In this document: one piece after another, positions 11,306-22,071 of the stretch
Numbering within the stretch: the first letter of the stretch is position 1
Layout of the letters: each line of letters starts with the position of its first letter
DNA from: Selaginella moellendorffii
Lineage: Eukaryota > Plantae > Lycopodiophyta
Assembly (NCBI RefSeq): GCF_000143415.4
Contig: NW_003314318.1
Location: 496,001-560,000, forward strand
Direction: 5' to 3'
DNA: 64,000 bases
Notes under the pieces: generated by a model
Database searches by the model: none
The model's input: only the letters and a program-made list of their open reading frames with translations
What the model was told of the DNA's origin: nothing
Made by a program: the position numbers and the translations under genes

Positions 11306-11650
11306 CTATCTCCTGGCAAACATGATCATGGAGACCCCGATCAAAGCAACGATGGATCCAACCACGTCCCACACATCCGGCCGCGCGCCTTCGGTGATCC
11401 AACCCCACACCAGCGACAGCACAATGAAAAACCCACCATACGCCGCGTAGGTCCGCGCAAACGTCTGCCTCTGGAGCGTGGGGATGATCCCATACACCAC
11501 CAGCAGAATGGAGCCCAGGATGAAGAAGGCCCAGCTCCATCCCTCGCGCCTCCACTTCCACACCAGCCAGCCCCCTCCAACCTCGCAAATGCCCGCCACG
11601 ATAAAGAGAAGGATCGCCAGCGCCACGCCCTCGGCATCGTAGCTCACCAT
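11306..11650 (-). CDS. ynfA: YnfA/UPF0060 small membrane protein (SMR-like)
   Basis: Intronless 114-aa ORF with 4 TM helices; AGICEVGGGWLVW.W.R, FARTYAAYGGFFI.LSL.W, PD.WD..G..ALIG signature of bacterial YnfA. Confidence 0.88.
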   Translation of the reverse strand: MVSYDAEGVALAILLFIVAGICEVGGGWLVWKWRREGWSWAFFILGSILLVVYGIIPTLQRQTFARTYAAYGGFFIVLSLVWGWITEGARPDVWDVVGSIVALIGVSMIMFARR

Positions 11651-11899
11651 GGTTGCTTTGCTTCGCCTTGCTCCTCTTTTCCTTCTCTCTTCTCGCTTCC
11701 GAAACCCTCCAAAACGCCGCCGCTACTGTTCTTCCCGCTCTCTGCTATAAATGATAGCCGGAATGCTTCAAACTTTGCCCGCCACCATCACATCGATTTC
11801 AGTGAGCGCACTGAGCAAGAGAGAACAAAAAAAAAAAAAAAGAATCAAAAGAGTGAGCGAGACAGCTCCTACGTACAAGAAAAAAAGAGTACCTTTTGG

Positions 11900-13885
11900 T
11901 CAATGTAGATTCGATCGAAGTTCTTTCAGTGGCTTCTGGACAGATACCATCTGAGCGGCCTTTGCAACATGAGATCCTGCAAGAACAAAAACACAAAAAC
12001 TTCACCATCGCGTGAGACGAAGCACAGTGAGATCAAGCTTAGCTTCCGAGCTACTCGAAAAGAATTGATAGCGAATGGAATGGATGGAGGCGCTCATACC
12101 ACCTCGTCTTGTTTCGTCACACACTGACGCGTTACGACATCGCACTCCACTGCTGCGTTCTCGTTCTCGTCTTCGTCCTCGTCCTCGTCCTCGTCCTCGG
12201 TTAGTTCTTCCTCGTTTGATCCTTCCTTTTCGTCTTCTTCTTCACCGGCTCTTGTTGACGTCGGAGCAACCGCTGCTGCTGCTGCTACATACTGCGTGTA
12301 GTCAAAGCTTACGTGGTTTTTTTCTGATCGAGCATCGGCCATGTCTCGCTCAAACTCCGTCTTGACTTTTCTCAACGCTGCGGCGTATTGTCGATCCAGT
12401 AAATCCAGCTCCGTTTCAATCACTCCCTGGAAAGAGTCAGGCAATCAGACTCAGAAAAAACCAGCGAACTTGTCTTACCAGATCGATTTTTAGCCAACGA
12501 TTGAACGTGTTCGTAATTGCTTGTTTCTACAAAACAAAAAACATGTAATAAAAGATTTCTCGCAGATCTGCAATCGAACAAACCTGTGCTGCTTCCCAGT
12601 CCGATTTGGAATTGCCACTAAGGCCCTTGCTGCAGCGACATTCGTAGATTTGTCTTGACACGGCTGTCAGCTCTTCTGATCTTCCGTCTGTACGAGAGAT
12701 TGCATCAAAATCAGTTTTGTTCCACTTGAATACTTTTTTACTATCATACCGAGTAATCTTCTCCTGGCTTCGATCCAGCAGTCAATGTAGGGATGCGCTA
12801 TGCTTCGAGCTGATCTAATAACATTAACAGCGTCATCGAGGTCCATTCCCTGAGAAAAAGAAATCGAAGTTAAACTCTGATAAAAACACTTCGAAGCTCT
12901 TGCCTGTATAAATGTAAGATATCCTACGACCGTTAACGTAGCACGATTGATACCGGCAGTGCAATGGACGTAAACCTTCAATCCTCGCGCGACAAGCATG
13001 TTTAACATCCTCACCGCTTCTGGCAACATCAGTGCCTGATTGAGACCAATGAGTTAGGCCAGCTACAAAAATGAACTGGAGAGCTACAAAAACAAACCTG
13101 ATCACCGTGGTCGAAGTCATGGATAGGGACTCGCTCCAAGTAGACGCCTCTTTCTGACGCTCTTCGTTTTATGCTCTCAAATGGTATCTGACTCGCAAAA
13201 TACAAATCTCGATCAGAGTTCTGAGACCATCAATCCTCAAACTCTATTACCTTGAGAGCATCCAAACAAACATCCGACTGCACGCTTAAAATCGCATTGA
13301 CCCCACATCCCTCGGCAATTCTATCCTGGCAGGCACCATACAAATTAGCCTGCCATCCAAAAGTAAAACAAAAACATCACATACCACATCGTCGGGACTT
13401 CGTGGACAAGAGCCAACAACAATGCTTGAAGTGATCTCGTTCCAGTTTAGAGTCCAGTGCCAGGATGACGTCGATCCTCCATTATCTGCTTCGTTCTAGA
13501 CAGCTTGAGCACAAGCTTTAGAACCTTGGAGAAATCGCAAGAACATATCACATACCTGACGCTTTTCCCAGCCTTCTTGCTCAGTCTCCATGGCTGGAGC
13601 GGTGCTCTGAGCTCTACAACTTACATCCAGCCCACGCCCCATCCTTTCTCGCAAAGTACACGGACTTTCTTCCTCTGGCAAAATCGCGTAGCCCCCTACC
13701 TTCATCATAGTTCTCAAAGTCTTCTTTCCCGGAATGCTAGCTATGGACGATTTCCCCTTGCTGGCACCATAGCTGGCTTGTAGAAACGAGCAAGAAGACG
13801 GAGAAGTCGAGGTCAGCGGCGGCGGCGGCGATGGGAATGGCGACAGGGCGGCAATGCGAATTTCGCTCGACACGGCCAGCGCCAT
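11900..13885 (-). CDS. Plastid-targeted dual-specificity phosphatase, phosphoglucan-phosphatase (SEX4/LSF2)-like
   Basis: Ser-rich transit peptide; LNWNEIT..IVVGSCP; PIHDFD; catalytic VYVHCTAGINRA (CX5R); acidic C-terminal tract; the last exon and stop are approximate. Confidence 0.8.
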
Positions 13886-14409
13886 TGCGCAGCACGTCGT
13901 TGCCCGCCTTTAATCTGCCACAGCCACGAACAAGATGGTCATAATCCAGCTAGAAACAGTGCCGATTCGCCGGATTCCCAGCTCCTCTCTTTTAAAAATC
14001 GCTGCAAGAATCCACGCCGAGACCAGGTCTGGTGGAGAGATTGCGAAATTGATCGAATCGGACTGAATAAAAAGGGGCGATCGATCGAGAGCGCATTTAC
14101 CTCGCGGCGGCTCCTCTGATACACGAGGAATGGATCTTTCTCGCGCACGACGTCACGATGCACGCTCCTTGACTGCGTGCGCCATCGAAGAACAAGACGA
14201 CGAACAAGGGAGCGAAGAAAATACGAAATAAAAACCTCTTGTGATCTGATACACTGTTTAACCTACGAAATCCGTCGGTCCATATTCAGCGCTTTTCACG
14301 TGGGCAAAAAAGTAAAGAGCCCTAGATTCTGGTATCTTTTCCTTTCTTTTGGTATATTCTCTCTAATTCTTTTTCTTCTGGTATAGAAGAACCCTAAAAA
14401 TGCGTGGGC

Positions 14410-16286
14410 ATGAGGCTTTGCTCCAGCGCGAGAGATCTAGCCGACGCGCGGCGAATCCACGCTGGGATCGTGAGAGCGGGGCTGGGGTCCGACAAGCGCG
14501 TCGTCGATCAGCTCATCCAGATGTATGGCAGCGTGGGGAGCGCGGCCGATGCCCGGGCGGTGTTTGAGGGATTTGCCGCCGCTAGCACCGAGCCGCCGGA
14601 TGCCTTCCTCTGGACCGCGATCATCACGGCCTTCTCCAGGAATGGCGACCCGATCGCCGCGAGGGCGATGTTTGATCGAATGCCGGAGCCCAAGCATCCA
14701 GTCCCCACGAACGCGATGCTTGCTGCCTATGCCAAGAACGCCCTTCTGGAGGATCTCTCGCAATTCTTCTCCTGGATGCGCGATCGCAGCATCTTCTCCT
14801 GGAACACGATCCTTGCAGCGTACGCGGGCAGCCTCGCGATCGACGCAATGGAGCTCGTCTTCACGAAGATCCCCGAGAGGAATGTGATCTCTTGGAACAC
14901 GATCGTGACTGCCTATGCCGAGGCTAGGGATCCGAGACGAGCCAAGAACGCTTTCGATGCCACCCCGGAGAGGAGCATCGTCTCCTGGAACGCGATCGCC
15001 GAGGCATTCGCCGTGAATTCCGACACCGATGCCACGATCCAGGCATTCGATCGAATGCCGCAGCACAATCGCGTCTCCTGGACCGCGACTTTCTTGGCTC
15101 GCGCCGATCACCGCCCGCTGGAAGAGATCAAACACCTCTTCGATCGGATCCCCGTGAGAGAGCCCGGGACATGGACAGTGATCGTCGTCCGCTGCTCGAA
15201 ATCCTCGCAGCCCACAGCAGCGCTGGAGCTCCTGGATCGAATGCCGCAGTGGAACATCGTGTCACTCAACGCAGCGCTCCACTCGCGGTCGATGGGCGAT
15301 CTGGAATCCGCGATGGCGATGTTCTCGCAGCTTCCGGAGAGGGATTCCATCACCTGGAACGTGATGCTCAACGCGTTCGCGCGATTGGGCTTCTTGGATC
15401 GAGCGCGCGAGACCTTCGATCGGATGCCCCAGTGGCACCTCGCGTGCTTCATTCCCTCTGTCACGGCCTCCTTGGCAGCGATCCGCGATCGATCAAGGAG
15501 ATCTTTGACTCCTCCCCCGAGCACAACGTAGTCTCCGCGACAACGATGATCGTAGCGTATGCCCAAACCGGGCATCTTGGCGAGGCCGAGGCGCTCTTCG
15601 ATTCGATGCCGCAGCGCACGGTCGTCACCTGGAACGCGATGATCGCGGCCTACGCGAGGAATTCGTGCCTCCGCGACGCCAAGGTCGCCTTCGATCGGAT
15701 GCCCCAGTGGAGCGTCGTGTCGTGGAGCTCCATCGTGGGGGCGCTGGCCAAGAACACGCGCGTGGGCGAGGCCAAGGCGGCGTTCGACGCCATGGCGGAG
15801 AGGAACGCCGCCGCCTGGAACACGATGATCGCGGCCTACGCGCAGTCGAGCCAGCTCGAATCGGCCATGGCGCTCTTCGACGCGATGAAGCTCGAGGGGA
15901 TCCAGCCGGACGCGAACACGTTCACGGTGGTGCTGGGGGGATGCGCGGCGGCGGGGGCGGTGGCGGAGGTGTGGCGGAACTGGGCGCTGCTGGCGGAGTT
16001 TGGGGTGGCGGCGATTCGGGAGCACTACAGCTGCGCGGTGGATGTTCTCGGGCGCGCCGGGATGCTGGAGGAGTCGGAGGAGGTGCTGGCGGCGATGCCA
16101 TTCGTGCCCGACGATGTGGCGCTGGGGACGCTGCTGGGGGCGTGCTGGACGCAGAGTGATGTGAGGCGAGGGGAGAGTGTGGGGGGTCTGGTGCTGGAGA
16201 TGGAGCAGCACAGCCCATCCAGGTACGTGCTCCTGGCAAACCTCCTGGCCACCGAGACCGTTGACCGTCCCGTTGACGTTCTATGA
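14410..16286 (+). pseudogene. PLS-class PPR gene split by a frameshift near 15450-15480 (pseudogene or sequence error)
   Basis: PPR repeats run in ORF 14404-15531 and continue in another frame (ORF 15171-16286: IKEIFDSSPEHNVVSATTMIVAYAQ...HYSCAVDVLGRAG...MPFVPD); no intron-like sequence at the junction. Confidence 0.75.
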
Positions 16287-17035
16287 CAAGGTTTGACTGA
16301 CCACACAACCGTTGACTGTTATGGGGAATTTTATTGACCATTGAGCTATCCGTTGACTCTGCAGCCGTTGACTATCATGGAATTGGCCGACTTTGGAAGA
16401 GCTTTTGGTTTGTAACAAGATTTTAGACTTCTCGCGCGGAATCTAGAGACATTTTTGGTTACTTTTGAGTGGCTCATGTCAAGAAATTCAACCATTATCT
16501 TTTTGTGCTTCAGCGTTTGATCTCAGAAGCGCGGATAGTTTGTAATCATCGCCACAAGGAAAGGAAAAGAAAGAACTCCAGACAAACAAGTGCTCATTTC
16601 CCTAAAAGATTTTCAGGCACTAGCACGAAGAATGCCTCTGAATTTGATGGTACAGGAAGAGTAATCAGAGCACTGCAATTCCCCAAACGTGACGAGACTA
16701 GACGAGAAGAGTCAGAAATTGGGTTTTCTAGGCCCAGCAAATCGCTCATAACAATCGGAGCCCAGTGCGGTTTCATCAGCCTCAAAAAGAAAGAGAAATC
16801 TATCTATCAAATCCGGCAGCTATAGCAAAGAGCGAAGCCTGACGACCCACAGACCAAAGCATCGCGGCATTAGAAGCTTTGCGAGAACGATGTGCGAGCG
16901 CCATTGTCACAGGCACGAAGAGGAAGCGCGCCGCAAAGAAAAAGGAGGCGCTCGACCAAAACCCTAACAGCAGATAAAGAACCCTAAGAATGCGATTAAC
17001 TAACTAGATTAACCATTTTAAGTTAGAACGAAAAT

Positions 17036-17106
17036 GCGTCAGTAGTCCAACAGTTAGGATAATTGCCTTCCAGCAATGGACCCGAGTTCGACTCTCGGCT
17101 GACATG
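17036..17106 (+). tRNA. tRNA-Gly(TCC) degenerate copy 1 (probable pseudogene)
   Basis: GCGTCAGTAGTCCAACAGTTAGGATAATTGCCTTCCAGCAAT..GTTCGACTC..; one nt missing from the anticodon arm and the 3' acceptor strand mutated (gacat). Confidence 0.7.
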
Positions 17107-17123
17107 TTTGAAGGTTATAAAAT

Positions 17124-17159
17124 GCGTCAATTGCCTTCCAAGAGTTCGACTCTCGGCTG
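17124..17159 (+). pseudogene. Internally deleted tRNA-Gly(TCC) remnant
   Basis: gcgtca-attgccttccaa-gagttcgactctcggctg, lacking the D-arm and part of the anticodon/variable arm. Confidence 0.7.
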
Positions 17160-17214
17160 TTTAAAGAATTTAAAGTAAGCCAAAGACTAACCCGTTTTAG
17201 TTACTCATAAAAAT

Positions 17215-17286
17215 GCGTCAGTAGTCCAACGGTTGGGATAATTGCCTTCCAAGAAATTGACCCGAGTTCGACTCTCGGCTGACGCA
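17215..17286 (+). tRNA. trnG-UCC: tRNA-Gly(TCC), full length with one anticodon-stem mismatch
   Basis: 72 nt; acceptor GCGTCAG/CTGACGC+A; anticodon loop CTTCCAA; T-arm CCGAG TTCGACT CTCGG; G:A mismatch in the anticodon stem. Confidence 0.8.
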
Positions 17287-17427
17287 AGCTTTTAAAGAAT
17301 TTAAAGTAAGCCAAAGTTAACTAAGATTAACCTCATAAAAATACGTCAGTAGTGCAGCGGTTACCTGCAAGCTTTAAAGGAAGCCAAAGTTAACTAAGAT
17401 TAACCCGTCTTAGTTACTCATAAAAAT

Positions 17428-17498
17428 GCGTCAGTAGTCCAACGGTAAGGATAACTGCCTTCCAAGCAATAGACCGAGTTCGACTCTCGGCTGACGCA
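17428..17498 (+). tRNA. trnG-UCC: tRNA-Gly(TCC), near full length
   Basis: 71 nt; intact acceptor stem and T-arm; C:A mismatch in the anticodon stem; 3-nt variable loop. Confidence 0.75.
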
Positions 17499-17576
17499 AA
17501 AAGAAACAACTTTTCACCTTTTCTTAAGTTCTATTCTAAGGGTTTAAAGTAAAAAGCAAAAACTTGGTTCCTTCTT

Positions 17577-20372
17577 TCACAGAATCCGATCGGCCAGCGA
17601 TGGCAACCTGCGGAAGAAATTCATGGGCACGCTGGGCGACTTGTCCCGGAACCTGGGATGCCTCATCGCATACAGTCCCACCAGGATGGCGATCACCTTG
17701 AACGGCACCACGTACAAGACGATGGCCAGCATGAAGCAAAACGTGATGAAGATCCCCGTCGCCCGAGGATCCCTCCAGCTGAGCAGTGCATGGACCCTCT
17801 CCCCCTGCGCAGCGATGTCGCCCACCACCGTCTGGAGCCGGCTCGCCGCCAGCCTGAGCCTCTCATACCTCGCCTTGACGAGATCTGGGTGCTTCTTCGT
17901 GAAAATGGTGTCGAATTCCTCGTCCAGCTCGTCCGGGGATAACCCATCCGTGGCGTGCGAGAGCTGCGCGTCCATGGACGGCGGCGCTCGCGGCCTGTGC
18001 CGGTAGTGCGCCACCCCGATGAGGAAGAGGTAGAGGAAGAGCGTCGGAAGGATGAGCTCCGGGAACCAGGCGAGGATGAGGAAGAGGACGTGAACCAGCA
18101 GCGTTGTCACCGGCGACGACCACTTGCAGATCTCGTGGAACCAGTTCGACACCACCACCAGGCCCGAGAGGACGTTCGTCAGCCGCGCGTAGTTCGCTCG
18201 GCTCCTCCGCATGCTAAACATGTTGGACTCGGTGTCGAGCATGTAGCGGATCACCTCCTGCCGGAGCGGTGGCTCCGCTCGTCCCAGCCTCCCGGCCACG
18301 ATCCGGATGGCCTCGATGCGTAGCATCTCCTGCTCGGCCACCGGCAGTGGACGCGTGTAGTGGAGCTTCGGCAGCGGGGGCTGGACGTAGGCCTGGAGGA
18401 CGTGGATGAGCGTCGTGGTCGCCAACCGGACCGTGATCTCGAGTTCGCCCATCTTCTTGACGCCGCTGGGCTGGAGGGCGATGAGCGGATACGAGTTGGC
18501 GTACACCTTGTTGCTCTCGAGCGTGGACAGGCGGATCCGGATCTTGCCGATGAGGCCGTCGGGCTGCGCGTTGCTGCTGTTGTCGCTAAGGTGACAATTG
18601 TCGAAGACACAAATGGTGACGACTGTGCATGGGTCGTAGACTTCCCAGGTGTACTGCTCGTTCCACTTCGGGTTGAGGCTGTCCACCACGGTTCTCGTCC
18701 GGATCCACTTCGGCCCATACTTTGCGACGCAGTAGGCGTCGGTGGTGCCGCGCCCGTCCTTGTTCTTCATCGGCAGGAGAGCCTTCGCTTGGAGAATCCC
18801 GACTTGGAGGATCCCCAGGCTCTTCTTCCACAGGTGCTTAGCCGTGGGTCTCATGTCGCTGATGTAGCTCGTCGACTCGTCCATGACGTGGTAGCCGCCT
18901 TCGAAGCTCAGCCTCAGGTGGACGCGGCCTTTGAATCCCTTGTCTCCGTTCTTGTCCAAGTTGTACCAGAAGGACGCCACCGGTTCCTTTGGATCGCTCC
19001 TCCTTGCGATCTGCTTGTTGCCGGCGAGAGAGATCTTGACGCTGCCGAGAACCTCAGCCTTGTCCGCGGAAACTTTGTCCTCCACGAACACCATCAGGTG
19101 CTCCTCGAAAGGCTCCGCGGCTACGAACATCTTGCTCTCGTTCCACATCGGACTGGCGCTGGGAGTTTTCGGGAACGTGGTCGTCCACTTCTGGTATGGC
19201 CCGAGAGTCACTCGTGCGCAAACGTTTGGAAAGCGCGACTTGTCCGAGACGGCCAGGTCCTGTGCCTCGATCACGTTCACCATCAGGTACCAGAGCTTGG
19301 GAGATAAATACACTTTGGCCTTTGTGTGCGCGTGACCACCTGTGTCCGACTGCCAGGCGATTGGAAAACTCTCGTCCTCCTGTGTCCCAGACCAGACTGC
19401 CAGCATCACCTCGCCTTCATCCTTCTTCACGCGGGTTTTCCGATCTTCCAGCGAGTGCCACTGAGGAGCGAGAGGACTGTCCGGAACACGGAATGGAATG
19501 TCGCTGATCTCGAGCACGACACTCCCAAAATCTTTGCTTCCCTTCTCGTCCTCGGCAACGACAATCTCCACTGTCGGCCCCTGGATCTTGTCTTTGCTGA
19601 ACGCAAAGACTTCCTCCCACACAGCAACTTTGTCCTTCTTTGTTGCCTTTTTCTTCGCGACCACGGCTTCTCCAAACTTGATCACCACATACGGCTCTTC
19701 CTTGCTGATGTTCCTCCCTTTGACGACGCGGACGTAGAGATACAGCATTTTCTCCACCAGATCATACGTCCTCACCTTCTCTGTCACCACCGGAGCTCGC
19801 TCCTTCAGGACGTAATCGGCCGCTGGAACCACAGTCGGGGGTGGCGGCCTCTCAACTTTCTTCTCGTCCTTCTTCTCGCCATTTTTCTTCTCTCCTTCCT
19901 TCTTCTCTCCATCTTTCTTGTCGCCATCTTTCTTCTCCTCTCCCTTCTTCGCCTCCTCCTTCTTGGCCTCGTCCACCCAGTACACCTTAACCCGGAGCTC
20001 CCCCTTGATGTGCGAGAAGGGGCTTCTCTTCTGCAGCAAATAGCTCACAATCGCCTCGTCCCCCTGTTTCTTGATGCTAATTCCCTCAATCCGGACTCTT
20101 CCCAGAAATCCATCCTTCTTCCTGTTGTTCTTCTCCTTTGGATGCGCCGTGAGCACCTCAATCCGGACAGCGTCCTGAGCCATGGTTTGCGCATCCCGGA
20201 CTTGAAACTCGAGCTTCTCGTTCCACACCGGATTCAAATCCTTGGTCTTCACCTTGGTTGCCTGCCGCTGCCCGTCGAACTCCACAATGCAGTACGCATT
20301 GGCGGAGCCGTGCCCGTCCTTGGGCATGAGATTGTGCGCGCTCAAAATCTCCACCACCACCTTCTTTCCCAT
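17577..20372 (-). CDS. Multiple C2 domain and transmembrane region protein (MCTP; FTIP/QUIRKY family)
   Basis: Intronless; four C2 domains (VVEILSAHNLMPKDG, YDLVEKMLYLYVRVVK, KVYLSPKLWYL, TDAYCVAKYGPKW) and PRT_C tail (DELDEEFDT, LLSWRDPRAT, NFFRRLPS). Confidence 0.95.
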   Translation of the reverse strand: MGKKVVVEILSAHNLMPKDGHGSANAYCIVEFDGQRQATKVKTKDLNPVWNEKLEFQVRDAQTMAQDAVRIEVLTAHPKEKNNRKKDGFLGRVRIEGISIKKQGDEAIVSYLLQKRSPFSHIKGELRVKVYWVDEAKKEEAKKGEEKKDGDKKDGEKKEGEKKNGEKKDEKKVERPPPPTVVPAADYVLKERAPVVTEKVRTYDLVEKMLYLYVRVVKGRNISKEEPYVVIKFGEAVVAKKKATKKDKVAVWEEVFAFSKDKIQGPTVEIVVAEDEKGSKDFGSVVLEISDIPFRVPDSPLAPQWHSLEDRKTRVKKDEGEVMLAVWSGTQEDESFPIAWQSDTGGHAHTKAKVYLSPKLWYLMVNVIEAQDLAVSDKSRFPNVCARVTLGPYQKWTTTFPKTPSASPMWNESKMFVAAEPFEEHLMVFVEDKVSADKAEVLGSVKISLAGNKQIARRSDPKEPVASFWYNLDKNGDKGFKGRVHLRLSFEGGYHVMDESTSYISDMRPTAKHLWKKSLGILQVGILQAKALLPMKNKDGRGTTDAYCVAKYGPKWIRTRTVVDSLNPKWNEQYTWEVYDPCTVVTICVFDNCHLSDNSSNAQPDGLIGKIRIRLSTLESNKVYANSYPLIALQPSGVKKMGELEITVRLATTTLIHVLQAYVQPPLPKLHYTRPLPVAEQEMLRIEAIRIVAGRLGRAEPPLRQEVIRYMLDTESNMFSMRRSRANYARLTNVLSGLVVVSNWFHEICKWSSPVTTLLVHVLFLILAWFPELILPTLFLYLFLIGVAHYRHRPRAPPSMDAQLSHATDGLSPDELDEEFDTIFTKKHPDLVKARYERLRLAASRLQTVVGDIAAQGERVHALLSWRDPRATGIFITFCFMLAIVLYVVPFKVIAILVGLYAMRHPRFRDKSPSVPMNFFRRLPSLADRIL

Positions 20373-22071
20373 CTTCCGGGAGCTAAGGTCTCGGCGCACA
20401 CCTCCCTTGATCAATAAAGCTCGTCAATGTGAATTTTATCTCCTACCATCGCTGTCACTCCAATCAAAGAACCTTCTACGACTGTCCCTCGCTCAACTTC
20501 TATGACTGTCCCTCGATCTCGAGAAGAAAAAAAACGTCACAGAAATCGACCATCTCGCAAGAGCATGCAGCAACAAAAAGCCCAATTTTGCAAGAGACAC
20601 AGTGATCCAGTCTGGCTGCCGTCCCCGGCAGCATTAGTTTAATCTGGATCCCGGGACTGAACCTGGAGCAGCTTTCACTCAATCTAAAGCATCCAAAAAA
20701 GGAAACAAAGAAAGAAAAACAGCTCCCCTCTTTACAAAGAAAACTCCCGCAAAATCACAAAAAATTGGTCTACCTATGATCCTCTCTAGCTCGCTGCCTC
20801 ATAAATGCACCACCACCAAGAGATCTAGACTGGATTGCACTAACACCGCTCCTACCTCACGAAATCAAACGCGACACCCCGCTCACATAAATGCCAGCGT
20901 CTATCACAAGGATTGCTTGCTTAGAAGACAAGCCTCCCAGAACACATTGTCTCGCGAATTCCTGGACAAGATGTAAGGCCTGGAAGCAAAAAGCGTCTCA
21001 TCCAAGGCTTACTCTCGGACGAATTTTCTCACGGTTCATGCCCAATGTATGCCGTCAAGAACGAATTCCAGCACCAAACGTTTCCGAGAGCGATCTGCAA
21101 GGGGGAAAGAAGCGCAACGATCCTGTCAGCACGAAAGAGACGCTCCACATCACAGATAGAGAGCAGAGGAGAGAAAACTAACTGATTTGAGAGGCGCGAG
21201 TAGAGTAGGCCACCTAGAAACGCTCGCTAGCGCATCCCTTCGAATCCTCGCCGCCAATTTGACCTTCCAGCTTCCGATCGATCCTATCGGTCAGAGAGAG
21301 CGAAATATTTCGCGCAAGAACCCTAGAGGCGGCAAAAATAAAAACCATGGAACGTTGGCAACGGGACACACATATCGCGGGCGGCGAAGTGAAGCTTCTA
21401 TATCCCACGTGGCAGACGGCGTGAGCCAGCGCCGTTACTCTCCCCGCCGGCAATGACGGAATGTCCCGCCATTTCCAAGCCGGCGAGTTGACCGGCGTTT
21501 CGTACCACGTGGCTCAAACCAGTAGTGGCTCAAGCGTACGACAGTACCTAGCATGACACAATGATCAAGGTTCTCTTAACATCATAGTGTAACGATTCCA
21601 CCTATCTTTTTGATCTTTTCGGACAATTGGCCTCTCTTTACGCAGCTCTTTGCGAGAGTGCGTTGCCTCTTTTCGCCTTAATCCTTTACACCTATGCGAT
21701 GATCGAATTCGATCCAATTGGATCAAATTTCTCGACTCCCTTGATTGCATATTGATAGTTTGTCGCGTGACTCACAGAGAAAAAAAAATCAAAGCAAGTG
21801 ATTTACGAGAATTGAAGTGGCCCATTTGAGTTGTGGCCCAGGTGTACGAACGTAGGCCCCATGCTGAAAGTGGTGTTTTGGAGGTTACGGGAAAAATACG
21901 ATATTCCGGACGTTGACCATGATACCACTTCAAAAGATGATGCCATACGTACCCGTTATTACAGTGTAGTTTGCTGTTACTCTGAAAAATAACCGTGATG
22001 TCAAAGTTACAAGTACTTGAGAAAACCCACGAGGAAAGAAGAGTAACTTTTACCTTTGGAAAAGGTCTTGT

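Noticed and set aside
7135-20417. Long antisense or alternative-frame ORFs over BAHD, the PPRs and MCTP (e.g. 7701-8513, 15108-16211, 19326-20417)
   Set aside because: Shadow ORFs expected from GC-rich codon usage; no recognisable motifs
20830-21100. Possible spliced uORF in the MCTP 5' leader
   Set aside because: The join needs a 33-nt intron, shorter than other introns here; may be ordinary leader sequence
21800-22010. Site II-like TGGCCCA motifs and a GATGATG...CTGA segment suggesting another small RNA
   Set aside because: C box is imperfect, there is no terminal stem, and no snRNA or snoRNA family was recognised
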